NCBI RefSeq assembly: GCF_006345805.1
Contig: NC_043013.1
Location: 57,784,001-57,848,000 of the forward strand
Direction of reading: 5' to 3'
DNA from: Octopus sinensis
Lineage: Eukaryota
DNA length: 64,000 nt
Numbering within the stretch: position 1 is the stretch's first letter; every line of letters starts with the position of its first letter. Positions 24,901 through 39,100 of this stretch are shown here, piece by piece. The notes beneath the pieces are model-generated. The model was not told where the DNA came from. It saw nothing but the letters and a program-made list of their open reading frames with translations, and made no database searches. Both the position numbers and the translations under genes were made by a program.

Positions 24901-25820
24901 GATGGTGGTTCTTTTGAGGAGAGTAGTGAGTTTCTCACTGCAAAGCCAACGCCATGTTGACGAGGTTCTTCTGGATCTCTTCCCTGCCAAAAGAAGGTGA
25001 AGTCCTGCTCTTTGAGTCTGCCGTTTGAGGGAAGTCTTGTCTCCTGCAGCCCAGCAATATCTATGTTGAGCCTCTTTAGTTCACGGTCAATGATGGCCGT
25101 TTTCCTTGTGTCTTCAATACTGAGAAGATCGTCAGATATTCCAGGACACATGGTCCTGACATTCCAGCTTGCCAACTGCAGAACTGGTGTTTTCTTGAAT
25201 TTTAGTTGCTTGCCTGGTGCAGAGGTTGCAGGCCGCTTTTCGAGTCGTACTCTTAGCTCCAAGCACCCAATGGAACAGGCGGCTTGTGGCGGGTCAGCAC
25301 CTTATTAACTGGGGGCTGCCCAGCTTGAGGTGGGCAGTAGCTAACCAATAGGACACGGAAGTCCCTCCCACCGGCAGAGGTAACCCGTAGCGTCCATATT
25401 TTACGCCAATCTGAATGGACTTATCACTCGTAACTGTTACCTCCCGTGTTGTTTCTGCAGCTTTTTACAGCAGCACTGAAGTGTCCTCTCCAGTTTTGCG
25501 CAGGCCTGGCTATAATAAGAAAGTCCTGGGTAGCCCAATCGTCAGGTTTCCTCTCTCGACCTTGCTGATGTAGTCCAGTGGAGTGCAGTGCATTACGTTT
25601 GGCACCAGCTTAGTTGCAGGAGCTGCCGGAAGAGTGTCGAATCGAACACTAGACCGCCTTCGGGGCTCCACTCCGGATTTCATTGAAGGTTGTCTCCTTT
25701 CCGTAACCCTGGATAGGGGCCCATACCGGGTACTGTCAGCCGGAGCAAGCTGAGCCCGGAACTCGTGTCAGGCAGGGTCGTCACTCCCTGAAGTAGTGAA
25801 GAAGTTCGCTACCCACTACC
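21942..25820 (-). mobile_element. Near full-length RTE-clade (BovB-like) LINE
   Basis: Single APE-RT reading frame split into pieces from 25262 to 22027 (LASWNVRTM, GLQETR, LLGDFNARVG, NYRGISLLS, QCGFR, FIDLTKAFDSV, CQRECLSRIGLHSH); about 550-bp 5' UTR; (AAAC)-type tail. Confidence 0.95.
22027..25262 (-). pseudogene. RTE endonuclease-reverse transcriptase ORF with several frameshifts
   Basis: Consecutive minus-strand ORF pieces 24648-25262, 24052-24651, 23715-24044, 23318-23584, 23215-23493, 22940-23140, 22065-22844, 22027-22227. Confidence 0.9.
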
Positions 25821-26022
25821 TTTTCAAGTAATGTTAAATTATTATTACGGTTTTATTTATTTTTTTTTTTGCCTATGTTAAATTTCAACCACTAATGTTC
25901 ACCATCATCATCAGCAGCAGCAGTTGTAGTAGAAGCAGCAATATCACTAGGAGGGAAGTGGGAAGGGGAGAGAATAGAGAGATATCCGGTATTGGTGGTG
26001 GGGGTGGGTTTGGGCGGGTTCA

Positions 26023-27142
26023 CAGCGAACAGGTCAGCCGGAATTTAGGGAGAATTAACGAAATTCTAATAGGTTGTTAGCGATGAGATCATTTAAAACT
26101 GTCAGTCCTAACGTAGTAGAGAGGGAGAAAAAAGAAAAAAAGTAGCAAAAATATTCTTAGCTTTGCGTATCGTCATCGTGTGGCAGAATAAAAATAAAAA
26201 TGGCCAGCGAACAGGTCAGCCGGAATTTAGGGAGAATTAACGAAATTCTAATAGGTTGTTAGCGATGAGATCATTTAAAACTGTCAGTCCTAACGTAGTA
26301 GAGAGGGAGAAAAAAGAAAAAAGGAGCAAAAATATTCTTAGCTTTGCGTATCGTTATCGTGTGGCAGAATAAAAATAAAAATGGCCACCGAACAGGTCAG
26401 CTGGAATTTAGGGAGAATTAACGGAATTCTAATAGGTTGTTAGCGATGAGATCATTTAAAACTGTCAGTCCTAACGTAGTAGAGAGGGAGAAAAAAGAAA
26501 AAAGGAGCAAAAATATGCTTAGCTTTGCGTATCGTCATCGTGTGGCAGAATAAAAATAAAAATGGCCAGCGAACAGGTCAGCCGGAATTTAGGGAGAATT
26601 AACGAAATTCTAATAGGTTGTTAGCGATGAGATCATTTAAAACTGTCAGTCCTAACGTAGTAGAGAGGGAGAAAAAAGAAAAAAGGAGCAAAAATATTCT
26701 TAGCTTTGCGTATCGTCATCGTGTGGCAGAATAAAAATAAAAATGGCCAGCGAACAGGTCAGCCGGAATTTAGGGAGAATTAACGAAATTCTAATAGGTG
26801 TTAGCGATGAGATCATTTAAAACTGTCAGTCCTAACGTAGTAGAGAGGGAGAAAAAAGAAAAAAGGAGCAAAAATATTCTTAGCTTTGCGTATCGTTATC
26901 GTGTGGCAGAATAAAAATAAAAATGGCCACCGAACAGGTCAGCTGGAATTTAGGGAGAATTAACGGAATTCTAATAGGTTGTTAGCGATGAGATCATTTA
27001 AAAACTGTCAGTCCTAACGTAGTAGAGAGGGAGAAAAAAGAAAAAAGGAGCAAAAATATGCTTAGCTTTGCGTATCGTCATCGTGTGGCAGAATAAAAAT
27101 AAAAAGGCCAGCGAACAGGTCAGCCGGAATTTAGGGAGAATT
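26023..27142. repeat. Tandem satellite of ~181-bp units (6 full plus a partial) with 3-mer higher-order structure
   Basis: Unit starts at 26023, 26205, 26386, 26567, 26748, 26928, 27109; diagnostic variants recur every third unit. Confidence 0.97.
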
Positions 27143-27155
27143 AGAATTAGAATTT

Positions 27156-27234
27156 CCACCTATTAGAATTTCGTTAATTCTCAATAAATTCCGGCTGACC
27201 TGTTCGCTGGCCATTTTTATTTTTATTCTGCCAC
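27156..27234 (-). repeat. Inverted partial copy of the 181-bp satellite unit at the CR1 junction
   Basis: Reverse complement reads gtggcagaataaaaataaaaatggccagcgaacaggtcagccggaattta...ctaataggtgg. Confidence 0.92.
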
Positions 27235-27239
27235 TCTCC

Positions 27240-29247
27240 CATGTCTGAAACTCTCCCATGAAAAAGAAAGAGCAGACAAAGAAGCCTGGGCTATAGAAAA
27301 CATAAAATCTAACCCCAGAGCTTTCTACAGGTATGCCAAAGAAACAGCTACGGTGCACTGTAGAATAGGGCCACTCCTTGAAAAGGATGGCACACTCACA
27401 GGAAAACCAATGAGGGTAAGTGAAATACTGAATGAGCAATTCAAGAGTGTTTTCACTCCACCCCTTGGGCATCTCCAAATCACCAATCCAACTGACATTT
27501 TTACCACTGCAGATATGAAATCAGAGGCAGCGACGATAGATTACATCGATATAAAGGAAGACGATGTAACCAAGGCTATAGATGAAATGAAAACAGACTC
27601 AGCTACTGGCCCCGATGGATTCCCGGCAATCTCCTAAAAGCATGTAAGAGAGTCCTAGCAAGACCACGCAGTTCCTCTTTCAGAGCTTCCTTGCAGCTGG
27701 CAAACTTCCAAGAAAACTGAAGGAAGGTAAAATATGCCCCATTCATAAGGGGTAGCAGAGCGGAAGCCAAGAACTATAGACCTATCTCTCTGACCTCCAC
27801 ATCAGCAAGGTCATGGAACGAATAGTCAGAAGGAAGCTGATCACCTTCCTTGAAGAGAATGACTTGCTGCCCGACACCCAACATGGTTTCCGACCAGGGA
27901 GAAGCTGTTTAACTCAGCTCCTACAACACTATGACTGGGTGCTGAAACGGCTGCTCAACCACTCAAATGTGGAAGTGATATATCTCGACTTTGCAAAGGC
28001 CTTTGATAAAGTCGATCATGGAATGATATGTCACAATCTGCGTGATCTCAACATAGTTGGAAAACGGGGAGAATGGCTTCATGATTTTCTGAAGGATAGA
28101 AGTCAGGTGGTAGTAGCCAATGGGGCCACTTCCATTAACACACAAATAGTGAGCGGTGTTCCGCAGGGCACTGTTCTGATACCACTACTGTTCATAATGG
28201 CCCTCTCAGACATGCCCTCAGCCACGCAGAGAGCCACGATCACAAGTTATGCAGATGATACAAACGTTTCACAGGCAATACAGAAACCTGAGGACACTAA
28301 ACACCTGCAATGTGAGCTGGACGAAATATACAAGTGGGCTGAAAAGAATAGCATGCAGTTCAATGCTGGAAAGTTTCAAGCTTTATACTATCAGCATGCA
28401 AAACTGAATGCAATACCCAATGAATACACTGGACCCGGAGGGATTGCAATCCCAGAGGCACAATCAGTGCGTGACCTGGGTATTCACATGAGTGATGACG
28501 CGACCTTTCATGTACATGTTGCTAAACTGACAATGAAATGTAGACGGCTGGCTGGATGGATTCTTAGAACCTTTAGAACAAGAGGACAAGAAACCATGAT
28601 AGTCCTCTGGAGGACACTTGTCCTAAGCCACTTTGACTATTGCTCTCAGCTATGGTCACCATCCAGTGTCAAGTTGATCACAGAACTTGAGGCGATCCAA
28701 CGAAGCTACACGAAGAAGATAGCCTCTATGCAGAATGTAAGCTACTGGGAGAGCCTCAAGAGATTAAAGCTCTATTCCCTGGAGCGTAGGCGAGAAAGAT
28801 ATGCCATAATATATGTCTGGAAGATCCTGGAAGGTCTTGTCCCAGACTTTGGCATCGAGAGTCACACAAACGCCAGAACCGGACGCCACTGTGTAGTACC
28901 AAGGACTCCAAATTTGCCATCAAGATGAAGGACAAGATATTGTGATAGCCTGGGCTTCAGAGGCCCACGGCTCTTCAATATCCTCCCGTAGAACCTGAGG
29001 GACCTGCATGGTGTAGATGCGGATGTCTTTAAAGTAGGACTGGATCTCTTCCTGTCAGGTGTCCCGGATGAACCAACTTCACTGCAGGAGGCGCAGATGA
29101 GGGCAGCTGCATCGAACTCTCTCATGCATCAGATGGCGTTTGCTAAAAAACATCCGTGAGGTAAAACCGTGTAGCAAACCAAATGGCGGTGACCCAGCAT
29201 GGCCACAGCTCATTAGCTGAAACTGGAAAATCTAAATCAAATCAAAT
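27240..29247 (+). mobile_element. CR1-group LINE subfamily A, 5'-truncated copy with RT and 3' end
   Basis: ORF 27813-28928 contains the RT core (YADD at ITSYADDT) and C-terminal LYSLERRRERY; (AAATC)n tail then (TA)n. Confidence 0.95.
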
Positions 29248-29985
<738 letters not shown>

Positions 29986-29986
29986 T

Positions 29987-30667
29987 AAAATATCAGTAAT
30001 GCAATACAAAGTATTGCCTTCCAGTAAAAAGTAGCCCGTGAGGGAAAAATACACAAATTAGTAAATAAATGGCACAACTAAGTACCGATATTTACTGGAA
30101 ATAGCGAACGTAAAATACGACGCTAACGTGTAGCTTCACCGCGTATGTATTAGCAAAAATGCGTGTGTGCAACAAAATAGAGACAAAAACCCAGTAAATA
30201 TCGGTACTTAGTTGTGCCATTTATTTACTAATTTGTGTATTTTTCCCTCACGGGCTACTTTTTCCTGGAAGGCAATACTTTGTATTGCATTACTGATATT
30301 TTGAAACTTCTTCACCGTTTCTCGTACTGTTAGCGTTCCGTATTTCAGTCGAGTGTGTTAGTATTAATGTGGTAACATCGTAGATTTCGTCTTGGTATAT
30401 GTTTGGCTGAAGAAGGTAAAGCAAAATATGGGTGAGAGACATATCTTGCAAAACCTGAAACCGGCAGGTACCACATTATCCATTTTCCGGGTGTTTCATC
30501 TTTCAGATGTTCTCCCTGGAGGTAAGACGGTTTTTTTCTCTATTTTGTTGCACACACGCATTTTTGCTAAAACATACGCGGTGAAGCTACATATTAGCGT
30601 CGTATTTTTACGTTCGCTATTTCCAGTAAATATCGGTACTTAGTTGTGCCATTTATTTACTAATTTG
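29987..30667. mobile_element. Non-coding foldback/MITE-like element with nested inverted repeats
   Basis: 29987-30099 is the reverse complement of 30191-30302; 30054-30188 is the reverse complement of about 30535-30667; no ORF; flanked by (TA)n. Confidence 0.7.
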
Positions 30668-30737
30668 TATATATATATTTATATATATTTATATATATTT
30701 ATATATTTATATATATATATTTATATATATATATATT

Positions 30738-32838
30738 ATGGCATATCTTTCCCGCCTACGCTCCAGGGAATATAGTTTTAATCTCTTGAGTCTTTCTCAG
30801 TAGCTTACATTCTGCATAGAGGCTATCTTCTTCGTGTAGCTACGTTGGATCGCCTCGAGGTCTGTGATCAACTTGACACTGGATGGTGACCATAACTGAG
30901 AGCAGTAGTCAAAGTGGCTTAGGACAAGTGTCCTCCAGAGGACTATCATGGTTTCTTGTTCTCTTGTTCTAAAGGTTCTGAGGATCCATCCGGCCAGTCG
31001 TCTACATTTCATTGTCAGTTTAGCAACATGTACACGAAAGGTCGCGTCATCACTCATGTAAATATCTAGGTCACGCACTGATTGTGCCTCTGGGATTGCA
31101 ATCCCTCCGGGTCTAGTGTATACATTGGGTATTGCATTCAGTTTTGCATGTTGATAGTATAGAGCTTGAAACTTTTCAGCATTGAACTGCATGCTATTCT
31201 TTTCGGCCCACTTGTATATTTTGTCCAGCTCACATTGCAGGTGTTTAGTGTACTCAAGTTTATGTATTGCCTGTGAAACGTTTGTATCATCTGCATAACT
31301 TGTGATCGTGGCTCTCTGCGTTGCTGAGGTCATGTCTGAGAGGGCCATTATGAACAGTAGTGGTCCCAGAACAGTGCCCTGCGGAACACCGCTCACTATT
31401 AAGAAAATCATTAATCCATTTCAGAAAATCATGAAGCCATTCTCCCAGTTTTCCAACTATGTTGAGATCACGCAGTTTGTGACATATCATTCCATGATCG
31501 ACTTTATTAAAGGCCTTTGCAAAGTCGAGATATATCACTTCCACATTTGAGTGGTTGAGCAGCCGTTTCAGCACCCAGTCATAGTGTTGTAGGAGCTGAG
31601 TTAAACAGCTTCTCCCTGGTCGGAAACCATGTTGGGTGTCGGGCAGCAAGTCATTCTCTTCAAGGAAGGTGATCAGCTTCCTTCTGACTATTCGTTCCAT
31701 GACCTTGCTGATGTGTGAGGTCAGAGAGATAGGTCTATAGTTCTTGGCTTCCGCTCTGCTACCTCCTTTATGAATGGGGCATATTTTACCTTCCTTCAGT
31801 TTTCTTGGAAGTTTGCCAGCTGCAAGGAAGCTCTGAAAGAGGAACTGCAGTGGTCTTGCTAGGACTCTCTTACATGCTTTTAGGAGGATTGCCGGGAATC
31901 CATCGGGGCCAGTAGCTGAGTCTGTTTTCATTTCATCTATAGCCTTGATTACATTGTCTTCCTTTATATCGATGTAATCTATCGTCGCCGCCTCTGATTT
32001 TATATATGCAGTGGTAAAAATGTCAGTTGTATTGGTGATTTGGAGATGCCCAATGGGTGGAGTGAAAACACTATTGAATTCCTCATTCAGTATTTCACTT
32101 ACCCTCATTGGTTTTCCTGTAAGTGTGCCATCCTTTTCGAGGAGTGGCCCTATTCTACAGTGCACCGTTGCTGTTTCTTTGGCATACCTGTAGAAAGCTC
32201 TGGGGTTAGATTTTATGTTGTCTATAGCCCAGGCTTTTTGTCTGCTCTTTCTTTTTTATGGGAGAGTTGCAGACATTTTTCGATTTCCAACAGTTTTATT
32301 TTTAGGTGGGACTTTTCACTGCTTTCAATCTGTTTGTTTAGGTGATTTGAAAATTTTGTACACCGTCTCATTAAAATTTTCCTCTCTCTGGGGATTTTGT
32401 TCTTGTGTACAGTGGCCTTTCTCTCTGGGACACATTTGTAGCATATGGCTTGCATTACAGACATGAATTGTTGAAGTTTCACGTCGATGTCTGGCGAGGA
32501 GAGACATTTAGGCCAGTTTTGTTTGAGAATCTCTTTCTCAATTTGTTTCCAGTTTGCCTTATGGTAGTTCAAGCTGGAAAGATTTTGAGGGTTTCTTGTA
32601 GGCTGTATGTCCGTGCTCTCTTTTGGCCCGTACATGGTCAGCTCTATCATGTTGTGATCCGAGAGTAGTGTCGGTGTCACTTTCACATTATGGATGAGAT
32701 CCATGTCATTTGTAAAGCAGAGATCCAGTGTGTTACCTGCCCTGATTGGTTGGAGTATCACCTGCTCCATGTACAGGGTGTTGATGAGGTTCAGGAGGGA
32801 CCTCGCCTGTCCTCGTTCACATCTTGTCATTCCTGGGA
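30738..32838 (-). mobile_element. CR1-group LINE subfamily A, internal fragment (APE C-terminus to RT C-terminus)
   Basis: ORFs 32222-32884, 31287-32165 and 30797-31411; small internal deletion near 31400; both ends run into (TA)n. Confidence 0.93.
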
Positions 32839-33352
32839 GAATAATTATATTATATATATATATATATATATTATATATATTCATATATATATATATGTAT
32901 ATATTTATATATATATTTATATAATTATATGTACGTATATATTTATATATATATATATAATTATATTTATATATATATATATATATATATATTCATATAA
33001 ATATATATGTATAATTTTATATATATATATATATAATAATATTTATATATTATATATATTCATATATATATATATAGATGTATATATTTATATATATATA
33101 GATATATAATTATATTTATTATATATATATATTCATATATATATATATATATAATATATATAATATGTTTATATATATATAATATATATATATATTCATA
33201 TATATATATATATGTATATATTTATATATATATATAATTATATATATATATATATAGAATATATTTATATAATATATATATAATATATTTATATATATAT
33301 ATATTCATATATATATAATGTATATATTTATATATATATATATATTTATATT

Positions 33353-33389
<37 letters not shown>

Positions 33390-33682
33390 TGTTAATATAT
33401 ATGTATATTTATATATATATATAGTATATTTATATATATATATATATTCTTCATATTAATATATATATATCTATTATATATATATATATATATATATAGA
33501 TATATTAATATTATATATGTATATATTTATATATATATATATTATAATTATATTTATATATATATATAATATTCATATTAATATATATGTATATATTTAT
33601 ATATATTATATATATATAATTATATTAATATATATTATATATATATATTCATATTAATATATATGTATATATATTATATATA

Positions 33683-35332
33683 CTAGCAGTACTGCCCGGC
33701 GTTGCTCGGTTTGTTCGACCCGCTGGAATTGTAATTTTGAAAAGTAAAAATTTTGTGAACATTTTTCTGGTCGAAATACACCGAAAAGTGGCGACACAGC
33801 AGTGAAAAAATCGTAAAAAATCGGGATTTTCATAGAAAAAAGCATCTTTTTGATGTAAATAATTTTTGGTGTTAACTTGGTCCGATTTGAATTTTATGTT
33901 CTACGGAAGGAAGAGCAACCCTTCTTCTACCATACTCTCAATTTTGGTCAACTTGCGCCGCAGGGTCTCGGAGGAGATAGTGTCAGTTGAAGGTTACCAT
34001 TCTAGGTGCCTGAGTAACAACCTCGCGGATTTACAGATAAATGAATTAATTACTATTTTACAGAATAAAATTAAATAATTCTTGAAATTAATTAATATTA
34101 ATATTTTTTGAACAAAGTAAATAATTTTTAAAACTTAATAATAATTCTTTTTACACAAACGCGAACGGGGAAAAGGGGGGGGCGAATTCGATTTACATAC
34201 CTAATTTTTTTCTTTTTCATGACATTGTAGCAAATAGTAGTGAATTATATAAATACCAGCAGTACATTTTTTTTTCTGGGGTATTTTTTTTCAACCTCGT
34301 CACAATTTGCCCCTTTCAATTTAAACAAAGTCTTAATTAAGCAATTACGACAGCTTAGCAATGGTTTCAATACAGGCGTGACATCTGTATCTCAATTGTT
34401 CAAAACCCTTCGAATCTTTTCGCACGTGATGATATCATAGTGAAAACTTTCAATTACGCGCGCTTAGAAGTACGCTGGCAAATTAATACTACCAAAATTT
34501 TGAAGTTCGCGCTCCGCTTGTGTGTGTGTGTGTGTGTGCGTGCTTTAGGTGTACGTAGGTATGTGTTTTTGTACGTGTGTGTCACTGAAGCCATACATAC
34601 ATATATACATACATAACCTCTCTCTCTCTCTTTTCTCTCTCAGTCACTCACTACAAAAAGTGAATAAAAAATGTTCAGTTATTTCTGTCTTTCACTCTGT
34701 CTGTCTCTTTACACACACTAACAAAAGCACGTCACTTACACACCACACTTTCTGTGTCGCACAACCCATCAAACACACACACACACACACACTCACGCAC
34801 GCACACATGTACATCAATGCTTTCGGAGTGAAATGTTAAAATATTGAGTTTTCTCGAATTTTGTCTTAATTACGGTGAAATTGAAAGAATATATTATGGC
34901 ATGACCGAATGGAGTACTTTGAAAAATCTTAGGTAAACTCTAATTGAAGAAATTGTTTGAGGAGTAAATCGTTATGTATTTATTTGTTTCTGTTTGCTGT
35001 GTTTTTTTTTTTTTGAGTAGTGTTTAAATACTTTCAGTTTAGTCTTCCTCAAATAACTCTGTCGCTATTTACATTCATTTTATTCGTTGCACACTGTGTG
35101 TGTGCGTGTGGTCTAAACCACATTAAGAAAAGCATTTGACATACACACCAGAATGTCAGTTTTCTGTAAATTTTGCATAATTGGAGTTTAAATTTTAAAA
35201 ACTGGACCTGGCATGACCGGATGCATTCTACTCTTAAAAATGCTAGGTAAATTGTAATTGAAGAAATCCTATATTGTAGATTTCTATAAGTTACAAAGGG
35301 AGGCAAATAAAATCTGCTTTTATAATAAGAGA
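33683..35332 (-). mobile_element. Complete non-autonomous Helitron (1650 bp)
   Basis: Minus strand starts TCTCTTATTATAAAA (35332) and ends ...ccgagcaacgccgggcagtactgCTAG (33683) with a subterminal GC hairpin; inserted between A and T; no Rep/Hel ORF. Confidence 0.85.
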
Positions 35333-35835
35333 TATATAATTATATTTATATATATATATAATTCATATATATATATGTGTATATATTTATATATATATAT
35401 ATATGTATATTTATGTATATATATATATATTCATATATATATGTATATATTTATATATATATATATATAATTATATTTATGTATATATATATATATTCAT
35501 ATATATATATAGTATATATTTATATATATATATATAATATATTTATGTATATATATATATTCATATATATATACATGTATATATTTATATATATTATTAT
35601 ATAATTATATTTATGTATATATTTATATATTCATATATATATATATGTATATATTTATATATATACATATATATATAATTATATTTATGTATATATATAT
35701 ATATTCATATATATATATATATGTATATATTTATATATATATACGTAATTATATTTATGTATATATATATATATATATTCATATATATATATATGTATAT
35801 ATTTTATAATATCTATATATATATATAATTATATT

Positions 35836-35884
<49 letters not shown>

Positions 35885-36924
35885 TATATATATATGTATA
35901 TATTTATACATATACATATATAATTATATTTATGTATATATATATATATATTCATATATATATATATGTGTGTATATATTTATATATATATATATATAAA
36001 TATATACATATATATATATGAATATATATATATATGTATATATTTAATATATATATATATACTTATATTTATGTATATATATATATTTATATATATAATA
36101 TATATATATATATATGTATATATTTATGTATATATATATATAATTATATTTATGTTTATATATATATTCATATATATATATGTATATATTTATATATATA
36201 TATATAATTATATTTATGTATATATATATATATTCATATATATATATTGTATATATTTATATATATATATATAATTATATTTATGTATATATATATATTC
36301 ATATATATATATGTATATATTTATATATATATCTAATTATATTTATGTATATATATATATATTCATATATATATATACGTATATATTTATATATTATATA
36401 TATAATTATACTTATGTATATATATATTCATATATATATATATGTATATATTTATATATAATATAATTATATTTATATATATATATACATATATACATAT
36501 ATATATATATATGTATATATTTATTATATATATAATTATATTTATATATATATATATATCTTCATATATATATGAATATATTTATATATATATATATATA
36601 ATTATATTTATGTATATATTTATATATTCATATATATATATGTATATTATATTATATACATATATATATAATTATATTTATGTTTATATATATATATTCA
36701 TATATAATTTGTATATATTTATACATATATATATAATTATTTTATGTATATATATATATTCATATATATATATATATGTATATATTTATATATATATATA
36801 TATATATTATATTTATGTATATATATATATAATATATTCATATATATATATATATATGTATATATTTATATATATACATATATAATTATATTTATGTATA
36901 TAATAAATATATTCATATATATAT

Positions 36925-37180
36925 GAACCTGAGAGACCTGCATGGGGTGGATACAGATGTCTTTAAAATGGAGCTGGATCTCTTCCTGTCAGGTGTCCCA
37001 GATGAACCAACTTCACGGCAGAGGGGCAGATGAGGGCAGCTGCATCGAACTCTCTCATGCACCAAATAGCAGTTGCTAGAAAGCCTCCATGAAGTGAAAC
37101 CAAGTAGCACACCAAATGGCGGTGCCCCAGCATGGCCACAGCTCATGAGTTGAAACTGGAATCAATCATCAATCAATCAT
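36925..37180 (+). mobile_element. CR1-group LINE subfamily A, 256-bp 3' stub inside the TA array
   Basis: Matches 28990-29245; (AATC)n tail. Confidence 0.92.
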
Positions 37181-37379
37181 ATATGTGTGTATATATTTAT
37201 ATATATATATATATAATATATACATATATATATATGAATGTATATATATATGTATATATTTATATATATATATATAATTATATTTATGTATATATATATT
37301 CATATATATATATATGTATATATTTATATATATATATTATAATTATATTTATGTATATATATATATATTCATATAAATA

Positions 37380-39100
37380 ATAAATATTAGGGAATAAATC
37401 CAAATTTACAGGGAAAAAAATCAGATTTAGGATTAAATCGATTTTATAGTAAAATATTATAAAATATTATTCGAGACAAAACCACTATTTTGCAAACAAC
37501 AAGAAAGACTTAATCAATACATAAAATTTTAATAATAGTCAAAAAACCGCCACTACAATCGTTTCTTGTCTGATCGACGATCTTCAGGTGGACTTCCAAT
37601 CTAAAAAATCAATATTTTAAAATATAAAATAATAATTTTAAATAATTAAAGTATGAATGAAAATATAAGTATATATATCCATATATAACCTATCTATAAT
37701 CCATATATAAACAATATATAAACAATATAAATTAAAAAAACCTATCAACAATTAAATATAAAATATAAAAAATAAAATATAAAATATAAAATATAAAATA
37801 TAAAACAAAACAAAAAAAAATATAATAATAATAATAATATAATAGTAAACTAAATATACACCCATACGCATATACCTAATTATATATAACCATATCTAAC
37901 TACATACACTAAATCACACACCTATATATATCCCTATACATACACATAAAAATGTCTAGGCAACTATAAATAAATAAAATAGCTAAATACTTCAACACAA
38001 TACTTATTCATACTCCCACACACACACATACAACCCACATTCACGCTCTAGAAAACGGACATCACTCAAAACTATGACGGAGAAATGGAATAAATGGAAT
38101 TAAAATTATATTCACTTGGTAAAACGAACACTACTTAAAAATTATGAATGAAACATGCAATAAAACAACAGACATCGCAATAGACACAAATTACTACAAA
38201 TTCCTTATCAAACCTACCATGATAACCAAAACTCATAAAACATATAATGATAAATCTCCCTTTACTAAACTCTATAACAAACCTATATAGCAATCCCCCT
38301 AACCTAAACATTCACACACAAATACACACACGTAAACCACACACCCACGAAATATACAAATACCCACACCACTTACACATACCAATACATACATATAAAC
38401 CTCAACATATACTCCAAAAACCCACTCAACCCCACACAGAGAAATAAACACAAAATTATGAATGGATTCTTTTATAAAACTACAATGATAAGCTAAACTC
38501 ACAAAACAGAAATGATAAAACCTCCCTTTACTAAACTACAACATACTTATATAGCAATTCCTTTAACCTATACATTCACACACAAACCACTCGTAACCAC
38601 ACCACACCCATAACAAATACAAACTCCCACCTCACTCACACACACCCACAAGTACATATACACCAAACAAAATTACTTTACCAAGGAACTTAACATATAT
38701 ATAAAAATATAACCGCTCTGGAAAACGAACATCTCTAAATTAATGAATGGAGAAATGGAATAAATGGAATTAAAATAAAATTCACGTGGCAAAACGAACA
38801 CCACTCAAAATTATGAATGAAACAAATAATAAAACAACCACATCGAAATAGACAAATTACTACGAATTCCCTAAAAAAACCATGATAAACCAAAACTCTT
38901 AAAAACATATAACGATAAAATCTCCCTTTGCTAAACTCTATAACAAACCTATATAGTAATCCCCCTAACCTAAACATTCACTGGTTATTTTAGGGAATTC
39001 GTGGTAATTTGTCTATTTTCGATGTTTGTTGTTTTATTACATTGTTTCATTCATAATTTTTGAGTGGTGTTCGTTTTGCCACGTGAATAACCGGGAGGTG
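37380..39100. mobile_element. Degenerate PLE-associated terminal-repeat block with internal direct and inverted duplications
   Basis: Hammerhead motif at 37550-37591; 38040-38330 is similar to 38714-38980 (partial copy 38480-38600); 38985-39087 is an inverted copy of about 38780-38880; no readable RT. Confidence 0.45.
37550..37591 (-). ncRNA. Minimal type I hammerhead ribozyme motif
   Basis: Minus strand: ccac CTGAAGA tcgtc-gatca-gacaa GAAA C-gatt-G TA gtgg; stem I 4 bp, stem II with one mismatch, GUA cleavage triplet. Confidence 0.7.

Noticed and set aside
25680-25820. HDV-like ribozyme in the RTE 5' UTR (P3-like gag-ttccggg-ctc on the minus strand)
   Set aside because: I could not find a matching P1/P2 by eye; an Infernal or RNArobo search would be needed.
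26023-27142. Regular repeat array as a CRISPR
   Set aside because: Whole 181-bp units repeat with no unique spacers, there are no cas genes, and the context is eukaryotic.
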